Assembly: GCA_963601095.1 (NCBI GenBank)
Contig: CAVCDZ010000132.1
Location: forward strand, 8,547-72,546
Source of the DNA: Oscillibacter sp. MSJ-31
Lineage (GTDB): Bacteria; Actinomycetota; Coriobacteriia; Coriobacteriales; Eggerthellaceae
DNA: 64,000 nt
Direction of reading: 5' to 3'
The position numbers were made by a program, and so were the translations under genes. Numbering within the stretch: position 1 is the first letter of the stretch; each line of letters opens with the position of its first letter. The notes beneath the pieces are model-generated. The model was not told the DNA's origin and did no database searches. It was given only the letters and a program-made list of their open reading frames with translations. Positions 11,506 to 19,156 of this stretch are shown here, one piece after another.

Positions 11506-12411
11506 ATGGATTTCGTCAATGAAGCCCAAAACGTGATCGGCAAGGGCGTTTCCGCCGCTCACGGCGCCGTTTCCGGCGTAGCCGTGGCTCAGCTCCCGTT
11601 CGTCAAGGGCTTTTGCCGCCTGTGCGACGACGGCTTTAAGCAGGGCTGGCACGAGCGCAACGGCGGCAACCTGACCTACCGCATGACCGATGAGGACATC
11701 AAGGCAGCGCGCCCGTTCTTCACGCAGACGCCCGGCGACTGGGTGTCGATGGGCGTGCAGGCCGACAGCCTGCGCGGCGCCTACTTCCTGACCACCGGCT
11801 CGGGCCGCTACATGCGCAACGTCGTGTCCGACCCGGCGCGCAACATCGGCATCGTCGAGATCAACGACGCCGGCGACTCCTGGCGCATCGTCTGGGGCCT
11901 CACCGAGGGCGGCAACCCCACCTCCGAGTTCCCTACGCACTTCATGAACCACGCCGTCTGCATGGCGCGCACCGACGGCGCCAACCGCGTGATCTACCAT
12001 GCGCACTGCCCGAGCGTCATCGAGATGACGTTCGTCGTGCCGCTCGAGAGCCGCGCGTTTTCCCGCTGGCTGTGGAAGATGATGACCGAGTGCGTCGTCG
12101 TGTTCCCGCAGGGCGTCGGCGTCGTGCCGTGGATGGTTCCCGGCGGCGCTGAGATCGCCCGCGCCACGAGCGCGCTGATGGAGGAATTCGACACGGTGGT
12201 GTGGGCCCATCACGGCCTGTTCGCCTCCGGTCCCGACTTCGACACCACGTTCGGCCTCATGCACACCGTGGAGAAGGCGGCTGAGATCTACATCGCGGCG
12301 CGCGCTGCCAACGGCGGCTCGGACGAGTTCCTGAACACCATCACCGACCAGAACCTCAAGGACACCTGCCGCGACTTCAACGTGCCGATCAACGAGAAGT
12401 TCGTCGACTAA
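11506..12411 (+). CDS. rhaD: rhamnulose-1-phosphate aldolase (class II aldolase)
   Basis: Collinear with E. coli RhaD from memory (GW.ERNGGNLT, TGSG...RNV, WGLT, PTSE.P.HF, VVFP.GVG..PWMVPG, HGLF.SGP). RBS AAAGGAGG. Confidence 0.9.
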   Translation: MDFVNEAQNVIGKGVSAAHGAVSGVAVAQLPFVKGFCRLCDDGFKQGWHERNGGNLTYRMTDEDIKAARPFFTQTPGDWVSMGVQADSLRGAYFLTTGSGRYMRNVVSDPARNIGIVEINDAGDSWRIVWGLTEGGNPTSEFPTHFMNHAVCMARTDGANRVIYHAHCPSVIEMTFVVPLESRAFSRWLWKMMTECVVVFPQGVGVVPWMVPGGAEIARATSALMEEFDTVVWAHHGLFASGPDFDTTFGLMHTVEKAAEIYIAARAANGGSDEFLNTITDQNLKDTCRDFNVPINEKFVD

Positions 12412-12517
12412 GCAAGTGCGCATGCGCGGGGCGTCGCGCCGAGCCGGCCGGCGCCCCCTTTGTGCGCCCGCGGCGCACTCGCGGATGCGCGGGCGCGCCC
12501 CCTCAAAGGAGAACCCC

Positions 12518-12856
12518 ATGATCAGAACAACCGCCGACGGCTGGACCGTGCGCGGCTTCAAGATGAAGCTGTACCCGGGCTTTGCCGCCGAATACGAGAA
12601 GCGTCACAACGAGCTTTGGCCCGAGATGGCGGACATGATCCACGAATACGGTGGACGCAACTACAGTATCTTCATCGATGAGGAGACGAACATCCTGTTC
12701 GGCTACATCGAGTTGAAGGACCCGGCGTATTACGATACGTCGGCCGAAACGGACATCTGCAAGAAATGGTGGGATTTCATGGCATCGGTCATGGAGACCA
12801 ACGCCGACAACTCCCCGGTCTCGGTTGACCTACCCTGCGCATTCCACCTGGACTAG
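12518..12856 (+). CDS. rhaM: L-rhamnose mutarotase
   Basis: ORF 12416..12856 trimmed to ATG 12518 behind AAAGGAG. Shows the RhaM pattern (EYEKRHNELWPEM, NYSIF, KWWDFM..NADNSPV). Confidence 0.85.
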   Translation: MIRTTADGWTVRGFKMKLYPGFAAEYEKRHNELWPEMADMIHEYGGRNYSIFIDEETNILFGYIELKDPAYYDTSAETDICKKWWDFMASVMETNADNSPVSVDLPCAFHLD

Positions 12857-12901
12857 CAGATTCACGTTTCACCGTTTTATTCCCCACGAGAAAGGACCTC
12901 A

Positions 12902-14296
12902 ATGGCTCTCTCAAAAGAAAGGAAGTCGACGTTTGCGGTTTCGCTGACGAACTTCCTCGACTCCGGCTGCATCGTGGCCAGTTCCGTCGCTCTGACGGCC
13001 TGGGCTGCAGCATTCGGATTTGGATCGACCTGGACGGCGATCCTCGGTGCGATCGGCGCGAACGCCTTCGGTGCCGCTATCGGCGCGCTGATCGGCGGCT
13101 TTTTGACCGACAAGTTCGGCCGCACGATCATCTACAAGTACAACCTGCTCGTCTACGCGCTGGGCGTGTTCCTCGCCATGGTTGCCGTGAACATGCCGAT
13201 GGTCGTCATCGGCGTCGTGCTGTCGGGCTTGTCGGTCGGCGCTGGCGTGCCGGCGTCGTGGAGCTACATCTCCGAGACGTCCGGCGAGACCCGCCGCGCG
13301 TCGAACATCGGCATCAGCCAGTTTGCGTGGAGCTGTGGCCCGGCGATCATCTTCATCCTATCGCTGGCGCTGTCGTTCATCCTTCCCGGCTTCGCTGCCG
13401 ACGGCAAGACGCTGCTGCCGGCGGGCACCTACGGCCCGTTCGACGGCATGCTGGCAACCCGCATCCTGTTCTTCGTGCTGTTCGTGGTCGCGCTGATCGC
13501 GTGGAACCTGCAGCGCCAGCTTGACGAGTCCGCTGACTGGGCCGCCAAGAACCAGGCTGACGGCAAGCCCAAGGTGGGCTTCGGCCGCATGATGGGCAAC
13601 GCCCTCAAGAACGCCACCAACGTCAAGACGATCATCTTCCTGGTGGCCGTCTACCTGACCTGGAACCTGGCTGCCGGCACGAACGGTCAGTTCATGCCGT
13701 ACCTGTACGCAGCCGCTGGCAACATCGACTCCACGGGCCAGAGCCTGCTCGGCGTCGTGCAGTGGGTCATCATCGCGGTCTGCTCGCTGGCCATCTTCTC
13801 CAAGTTCGGCGACAAGGTGCCGCACCGCATCCTGTTCGGCCTGTCGGCGCTGCTCGCGCTGCTGTCCTGGATCGCCATCGCCGTGTTCGGCCTGGCCATT
13901 CAGTCCGGCGACACCGAGTCCATGGGCTGGGTCCTGTGGGTGTACGTCATCCTGTGGGGCATCTCGGCTGGTTTCTCCGCCCAGTGCTTCTACGCGCTGT
14001 GGGGCACTGAGCTGTTCCCGACGCAGTATCGTGGCGGCGTTCAGGGCATCATGTTCTTCCTGGTGCGCGGCGCGCTGGGCATTTGGTCGCTCGTCGGCGT
14101 CGGCGCCATCATGGGCGACATCAGCGCGAACCCGGCTGGCTTCTTCCCGGCTGCGGTCATCATGTGCGTGGTGCTGCTGATCAGCCTCGTCGTGGGCGTC
14201 ATCTGGTGCCCGAAGACGCAGGGCAAGACGCTCGACCAGATCACCAAGGAGCGCTACGGCGACGACGAGATGATCGACTGGAACGCGATCCGCTAA
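12902..14296 (+). CDS. MFS transporter (probable rhamnose/deoxyhexose importer by context)
   Basis: About 12 predicted hydrophobic helices. RBS GAAAGGA. It is the last gene of the rha cluster. The substrate is inferred only from context. Confidence 0.8.
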   Translation: MALSKERKSTFAVSLTNFLDSGCIVASSVALTAWAAAFGFGSTWTAILGAIGANAFGAAIGALIGGFLTDKFGRTIIYKYNLLVYALGVFLAMVAVNMPMVVIGVVLSGLSVGAGVPASWSYISETSGETRRASNIGISQFAWSCGPAIIFILSLALSFILPGFAADGKTLLPAGTYGPFDGMLATRILFFVLFVVALIAWNLQRQLDESADWAAKNQADGKPKVGFGRMMGNALKNATNVKTIIFLVAVYLTWNLAAGTNGQFMPYLYAAAGNIDSTGQSLLGVVQWVIIAVCSLAIFSKFGDKVPHRILFGLSALLALLSWIAIAVFGLAIQSGDTESMGWVLWVYVILWGISAGFSAQCFYALWGTELFPTQYRGGVQGIMFFLVRGALGIWSLVGVGAIMGDISANPAGFFPAAVIMCVVLLISLVVGVIWCPKTQGKTLDQITKERYGDDEMIDWNAIR

Positions 14297-14365
14297 GCAG
14301 GTTTTGCTTTCCGTTGTGATCCGATTGTGATCCGCACGCGATCCGAGCCAAGCTCGGATCGCTCA

Positions 14366-14393
14366 GGGCCGCCCCACGAGGCGGCCCTTTTTT
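14366..14393 (+). terminator. intrinsic terminator of the rha cluster
   Basis: GGGCCGCC (14366-14373) / GGCGGCCC (14380-14387) followed by TTTTTT. A second hairpin, GATCCGAGC-CAA-GCTCGGATC, lies just upstream. Confidence 0.75.
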
Positions 14394-14591
14394 GTGCGCA
14401 GCCTCAACAGACTTTCACGCGCCGAGAGGACACCAGATACGGCGGTTCGCCCGCGTTCGGCGGCTCCATCCTACCTCGCGCGTCGCTTCGCAACCCACCC
14501 GTACGCGCTCCCAGCGCCCTCATCAGGCTGCGCCCGCCACTCTGCAGCCCACCCGCACACGCAGGCAGCGTTTCTCCCCGCGTCTAAATTA

Positions 14592-14787
14592 GATCGTGGT
14601 CAAAATACCCGAGTTCTGGGTATCGAATCGAAGCAGAAACTGCTTCGATGATCAGAAAAGCCCTCTCAGATAACCGCAAAGAGGCTCGTTACGCCACGAA
14701 TGTTATCTATTCGTGGCGTAACGAAGGGCTCAGCGCCTACCATGCCTCGCCATGACTACCCAGAACTCGGGTAAATTGACCACGATC
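14592..14787. repeat. MITE-like / highly structured element, family 2
   Basis: 31-bp terminal inverted repeats: GATCGTGGTCAAAATACCCGAGTTCTGGGTA (14592-14622) and TACCCAGAACTCGGGTAAATTGACCACGATC (14757-14787), 29/31 complementary. Nested internal hairpins: TCGAAGCAG-AAA-CTGCTTCGA and CGTTACGCCACGAA..TTCGTGGCGTAACG. No ORF. Confidence 0.65.
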
Positions 14788-14921
14788 GTGAAAATTCGGG
14801 ATAGCGAGGGGTATCCTGCAGGCTTAAAGCAAACGTGGGGGCAGCAGGTCTGGCGCCGACCTCGGGCGCTTTCCTGAAAACAGCCCACCGGGCTGTTCTC
14901 TAAACGGAAAGCCACCTCATC

Positions 14922-14940
14922 GGTTCGAACCCCTCACGCC
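14922..14940 (+). other. tRNA 3'-end-like fragment, inverted relative to tRNA-Arg
   Basis: GGTTCGAACCCCTCACGCC matches 17/19 positions of the T-arm/acceptor 3' part of the adjacent tRNA-Arg (GGTTCGAATCCCTCACGGC) but lies on the opposite strand. No complete cloverleaf can be drawn. Confidence 0.3.
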
Positions 14941-14944
14941 ATCA

Positions 14945-14981
14945 GGAAAAAGAAAAGGCCACCGGGGTTGACCGGTGGCCT
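14945..14981 (-). terminator. intrinsic terminator downstream of tRNA-Arg
   Basis: GGCCACCGG (14957-14965) / CCGGTGGCC (14972-14980). On the minus strand it is followed by TTTTCTTTTT. Confidence 0.6.
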
Positions 14982-14991
14982 GCACATTCAG

Positions 14992-15068
14992 TGGTGCGCC
15001 GTGAGGGATTCGAACCCCCGACGTACTGATTCGTAGTCAGTCCCTCTATCCAGCTGAGGTAACGGCGC
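14992..15068 (-). tRNA. tRNA-Arg (anticodon ACG), CCA encoded
   Basis: The reverse complement reads GCGCCGT-TA-CCTC-AGCTGGATA-GAGG-G-ACTGA-CTACGAA-TCAGT-ACGTC-GGGGG-TTCGAAT-CCCTC-ACGGCGC-ACCA. This is a full cloverleaf with a 7-bp acceptor stem and anticodon ACG. Confidence 0.95.
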
Positions 15069-15660
15069 GTTTTCAGCAAGGAATATTTTTACATCGTGAC
15101 GCGGGCCTGTCAACGATTATTTTCCCATGTGGTGATCTCGTGAACAGCGCACGTGCCAACACGGTGGGCCGGCGCACGCGCTGGCGCACGCGCTGGCCCA
15201 CCCACCCTGCACAGCACGACCGCCACACAGCGCGGACGCACGCCACCTGCCCTCAACCGACCACAACTTTTTACGCGCGCCCCATCGCAACGTGGCCACC
15301 CATCGACTACAATCAAGGATGCTTTTGCCGTGTCAACACACCCAAAAGCGCGTGCCGCAACGCCGGCCGGGCCTCGCCCCGCCGCACCTTTTTGCCGCAC
15401 GCACCGATAACCATGATGGAAGGACGTTACTTGAAGGTTCGAAAATCGAAACCTCACAGTAATTAGCCTTCGACCTCCCTCAAGGATCGCAGCTCCTCTG
15501 TGCTGCATGCTCGTGTGGCGGTCGAAGGACGACTGCGACACGACTGGATCGCCTACCTCGCTGCACGCGCAGCGCACACCGATTGCCCCGCGGCGCTCGG
15601 CTCTGTGCGCGCTGCCCGTCTGAGCTCTCGAGTGTCTGCGATCCCCAAAGGGAGAACTCC

Positions 15661-17010
15661 ATGCTCTATTTATCACAGATGCTCGGCGAGCCGGTCATCG
15701 ACGCAAACGGCGAAAAGATCGGCTCGATTTCTGACCTGGCCATCCAAACCGGCGAAGTGTTTCCTCGCATCACCAGCCTCGCGTTCCTCGGGCCCGGCAA
15801 AACGCCGTTCATGATCTCATGGCGCAAGTACGTCGACTCCTTCAGCGAGGAGGAGGGCATCAAGCTCAAGGTCGACCGCACCGCCATCCGCTTCAGCTAC
15901 CTCCAGCCCGCCGAGGTGCTGCTGGCCCGCGATCTGCTCAACCGCCAGATCGTCGATACCCAGGGCATGAAGGTCGTGCGCGTAAACGACCTGAAGCTCT
16001 CCGCGTCCGGCACGCAGCTGCGCCTGCTCGGCGCCGAGGTCGGCATCCGCGGCATCCTGCGCGGCCTCGCCCCCTGGGTCGAGCGCTCGGTCTGCGCCGT
16101 GGCGGGCCTCTTCCACAAGACCATCGAAGAGCGCATCATCGCGTGGAACTACATGGACTTGCTCGACCGCGACCTGTCCAAGGTGCAGCTGTCGGTCAGC
16201 CACACCCGCCTCGAAGAGCTCCACCCTGCCGACGTCGCCGACATTCTCGAGCAGCTCGACCCGAAGCAGCGGGCTGAGGTGTTCCAGCACCTCGACGACG
16301 CCCAGGCCGGCGACGCCATCTCCGAGATGGAAGACGAGTACCAGGCTGACGTCATCGACGGCTTGGACGAGCAGCGCGCCTCCCGCCTGCTCGGCGACAT
16401 GGACCCGGACGACGCAGCCGACATCGTGGGCGATCTGCCCTACGAGAAAGCCGAGACGCTGCTGCGCCTGATGGGCGTCGAGAACGCCGCCGACATTCGC
16501 AAGCTCTTGGGCTACAAGGAAGACACGGCCGGCGGCCTCATGACCACGCAGTACGTGGCGCTCCATGCCGACAGCACGGTCGAGGAGGCCACCGAGGTCC
16601 TGCGCAACTTGGACGAGGACCACCCCACCGTCAACTACGTCTACGTCTTGGACGAGTACGACAAGCTCGTCGGCGTGCTGTCGCTGCGCACGCTCGTGCT
16701 GGCACCCGACGGCTCGCTGTTGTCCAACATCATGTTCGACGAGCTGATCACCACCTTGCCCGAGACGCCGGAAGACGAAGTCGCCGCCGACATCTCGAAG
16801 TACGACCTGCTCGCGATGCCCGTCGTTGACGAGGCCGGCCGCCTGCTCGGCATCGTCACGGTCGACGACGCCATGGACGTCTTCGAGGACGACGCCGAGG
16901 AGGGCAAGACGCGCTGGGCCTGGGGGCAGTTCGCCGGGACCGTCGTCGTGTTCGTCGTGCTGATGGTGCCCTACTCGTTCGCGCTCTTGCACTTCTTTGG
17001 CGGTAGGTAG
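15661..17010 (+). CDS. MgtE-like cytosolic sensor protein (PRC-barrel-like + MgtE_N + CBS pair) with a single C-terminal TM helix, no pore domain
   Basis: ORF 15583..17010 trimmed to ATG 15661 behind AAGGGAG. Has the MgtE_N-type helical repeat (LHPADVADILEQLDPKQRAEVFQHL..DPDDAADIVGDLP) and two CBS motifs. It ends after one hydrophobic helix (FAGTVVVFVVLMVPYSFALLHFF). Confidence 0.85.
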   Translation: MLYLSQMLGEPVIDANGEKIGSISDLAIQTGEVFPRITSLAFLGPGKTPFMISWRKYVDSFSEEEGIKLKVDRTAIRFSYLQPAEVLLARDLLNRQIVDTQGMKVVRVNDLKLSASGTQLRLLGAEVGIRGILRGLAPWVERSVCAVAGLFHKTIEERIIAWNYMDLLDRDLSKVQLSVSHTRLEELHPADVADILEQLDPKQRAEVFQHLDDAQAGDAISEMEDEYQADVIDGLDEQRASRLLGDMDPDDAADIVGDLPYEKAETLLRLMGVENAADIRKLLGYKEDTAGGLMTTQYVALHADSTVEEATEVLRNLDEDHPTVNYVYVLDEYDKLVGVLSLRTLVLAPDGSLLSNIMFDELITTLPETPEDEVAADISKYDLLAMPVVDEAGRLLGIVTVDDAMDVFEDDAEEGKTRWAWGQFAGTVVVFVVLMVPYSFALLHFFGGR

Positions 17011-17019
17011 GCCGCATCT

Positions 17020-18369
17020 ATGATGGTACGAGACCACAACGCGATCGCCGCGAGCCGCGAGGCGAGTCAAGCGGCCTCGGGCAGCCCCGAGCACAACGGC
17101 GAAGCCCTGGCCACGACGGATGCCGCCGCGCCCGCCAAGAAGCAGCACTCGCGCGCCTTCCTGATTCTGGCCGCGATGGGCCCCGGCATCGTCACGGCCA
17201 TGGCCGGCAACGACGCCGGCGGCATCTCCACCTACTCGACCGCCGGCGCGAAGTTCGGCTACATGACGCTGTGGGTCATCCCGGTCATGTGCGTCCTGCT
17301 GATCGTCGTGCAAACGACGGCCACCCGCATGGGCATCGTGACCGGCAAAGGCTTCTCCGCGCTGATCCGTGAGCGCTTCGGCATCCGTTTGACGGCGCTT
17401 GCCATGCTCGCGCTGCTCATCGGCAACGTCGCGACCACGTTCTCCGAATTCGCTGGCATCGCCTCGGGCATGGAGATGTTCGGCGTGCCGCCCTGGCTGT
17501 CGGTGCCGGTCGCCGCCGCAGCCGTCTGGTGGCTGATCGTGGGCGGCAACTACAAGCGCGTGCAGAACATCTTCTTGGCGCTGTCGTGCGTGTTCGCCAC
17601 CTACATCGTCGCGGCCGTGCTCGCGCAGCCCGACTGGAACGTCACCCTGCAAAACACGGTGATCCCGCAGGCAAGCACCGACATCGGGTTCCTCTCGCTG
17701 ACCGTCGCGATGGTCGGCACGACGATCGCGCCCTGGATGATGTTCTACGCGCAGAGCAACGTGGTCGAAGGCGGCGCTGGCATCGAGGACATGCCCTACC
17801 AGCGCATCGACGCGGTGACCGGGTCGGTCGTCGCCTGCATCGTGGCGTGGTTCATCATCGTGACGACCGGCACCGTACTGTTCCCCCAGGGCATCGAGGT
17901 CGACAGCGCCGAGGCCGCGGCAGCGGCGCTCGCCCCATTTGCCGGCGAGTACGCCAAGGCGTTGTTCGCGATCGGCCTGGTGGCCGCCAGCCTCCTTGCC
18001 GCCTGCGTGCTGCCTCTGACCACGGCGTTCGTGATCTGCGAGGCCTTCGGCTGGGAGGCCGGCGTGTCGTTCAGCTGGAAGGAAGCGCCGCTGTTCAAGG
18101 GTATCTTCACGTTCATCATCTGCCTCTCGGTCCTCGTGATCATGGCGCCGGGTCTCAATCTGATGGGCATCATGCTCACCGCCCAGTTCGTCAACGGCGT
18201 CATCCTCCCGATCCTGCTCATTTTCATGGCGGTCATCTGTACCGACAAGTTCGTCATGGGCGCCTATTGCGTGTCCCGCCTCACGCGGATTCTTCTGTAC
18301 CTGACCATTGTGGTGGTGGGGACGCTGTCGATCGTGTGCCTTGCGATGCAGATCCTGGGGATCGGGTAG
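17020..18369 (+). CDS. NRAMP-family transporter of the NRMT (Mg2+-type) subclass
   Basis: NRAMP/LeuT-fold length and hydrophobicity. The TM1 motif reads GNDAGG instead of DPGN, and TM6 reads TTIAPW instead of A..MPH, as reported for NRAMP-related Mg2+ transporters. It starts 9 nt after the upstream stop. Confidence 0.85.
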   Translation: MMVRDHNAIAASREASQAASGSPEHNGEALATTDAAAPAKKQHSRAFLILAAMGPGIVTAMAGNDAGGISTYSTAGAKFGYMTLWVIPVMCVLLIVVQTTATRMGIVTGKGFSALIRERFGIRLTALAMLALLIGNVATTFSEFAGIASGMEMFGVPPWLSVPVAAAAVWWLIVGGNYKRVQNIFLALSCVFATYIVAAVLAQPDWNVTLQNTVIPQASTDIGFLSLTVAMVGTTIAPWMMFYAQSNVVEGGAGIEDMPYQRIDAVTGSVVACIVAWFIIVTTGTVLFPQGIEVDSAEAAAAALAPFAGEYAKALFAIGLVAASLLAACVLPLTTAFVICEAFGWEAGVSFSWKEAPLFKGIFTFIICLSVLVIMAPGLNLMGIMLTAQFVNGVILPILLIFMAVICTDKFVMGAYCVSRLTRILLYLTIVVVGTLSIVCLAMQILGIG

Positions 18370-18444
18370 CGTCCCCATCGCCTGACGGCGCCGCCCACGT
18401 ACGCAATCGAGATCGCCCGGCACGCGCACATCCCTTGCACTACA

Positions 18445-19137
18445 ATGGCGGGTATGGAACCCACCAGTGACACCTCATCCCCCGCAACAGACATCGCCGC
18501 CGTTCGCGGCGCCCTGCGCGACGAAGCGCGCCAAGCGCGCGCTGAGCTGGAGGCGCCCTACCGCGGCCACAAGAGCGCCGAAGTCTGCAAGCGCTTGGCA
18601 CAAGCGCTCACGCTCACACTCGGCATCAAGGGGCTCGCGCCCGAAGAGGCCACGCTCGCGGTGTATGCCGCCTTCCCTGAAGAGCTCGACCTGCACGACT
18701 TCATCGAGGACGCCTATGAGCGCGGCTGCCGCGTCGCCTTTCCCTGCATGATGAAGGATGCGCTCGGCGTGCCCGATGCGGCCAACCCTGCCCACCTCAC
18801 CGAGCAGACCATGGAGATGCGCCTGGTGGATGCAGAGCGCTTCCGCGCGGGCGACGTGCCGTTTCTCACCAACCCACTGCGCCGCTATGAACATGCGAGC
18901 GCCGATCTGGAAGCGTTTCCCTATGTGGCCGCTGATGAGCTGACGCTCATCGTCGTGCCGGTCGTCGGGTTCGACGCCGAGGGCAATCGCCTCGGGTACG
19001 GCGCTGGCAACTACGACCGCTACCTCGCGCAGATCCCTGCCGACTGCCGGATCGTAGGCGCCGCCTTCGCCGAGCAGCAGGTCGACCCCATCCCCACCGA
19101 GCCGCACGACATCCCGATCGCCATCGTCGCGCTGTAG
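18445..19137 (+). CDS. 5-formyltetrahydrofolate cyclo-ligase
   Basis: 5-FCL family C-terminal signature (VPVVGFDAEGNRLGYGAGNYDRYL). The start is uncertain (ATG 18445 or 18454) and there is no clear RBS. Confidence 0.8.
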   Translation: MAGMEPTSDTSSPATDIAAVRGALRDEARQARAELEAPYRGHKSAEVCKRLAQALTLTLGIKGLAPEEATLAVYAAFPEELDLHDFIEDAYERGCRVAFPCMMKDALGVPDAANPAHLTEQTMEMRLVDAERFRAGDVPFLTNPLRRYEHASADLEAFPYVAADELTLIVVPVVGFDAEGNRLGYGAGNYDRYLAQIPADCRIVGAAFAEQQVDPIPTEPHDIPIAIVAL

Positions 19138-19156
19138 CAGTCAGCAACCCACGCCG

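Noticed and set aside
14788-14945. Possible tmRNA, SRP RNA or RNase P RNA next to tRNA-Arg (tRNA-like 3' end, several hairpins)
   Set aside because: There is no GGGGC.. tmRNA 5' end or tag-peptide ORF. There is no SRP domain IV GGAA-tetraloop motif, and no RNase P GAGGAAAGTCC block. The T-arm cannot pair.
15069-15660. M-box (ykoK) Mg2+ riboswitch upstream of the MgtE-like gene, and likewise at 29304-29640 upstream of CorC
   Set aside because: I looked for the conserved M-box blocks as I remember them (GGTGAGGC, GCTGCTGCCC, GACGC.AATGGGTCAACAG, AGTGCTAAAGCTC) and for the yybP-ykoY GGGGAGTAG core, and found none. They are kept only as generic structured-leader candidates.
14297-15660. Genomic-island integration at tRNA-Arg
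   Set aside because: There is no integrase or any mobile gene nearby. The only tRNA-like repeat is 50 bp away and inverted, not a direct att duplication bracketing cargo.
15817-18429. 870-aa minus-strand ORF, the longest in the track
   Set aside because: It runs antisense to the MgtE-sensor and NRAMP genes. Its translation is Arg/Gly/Asp/His-rich low-complexity sequence with no recognisable domain and no RBS. This is the usual stop-free antisense frame of GC-rich coding DNA.
18441-18456. Leaderless mRNA for the 5-formyl-THF cyclo-ligase (TACAAT at 18441-18446, 7 nt before ATG 18454)
   Set aside because: There is no acceptable -35 or extended -10 element. This is a single hexamer match in GC-rich DNA, too weak to report as a promoter.
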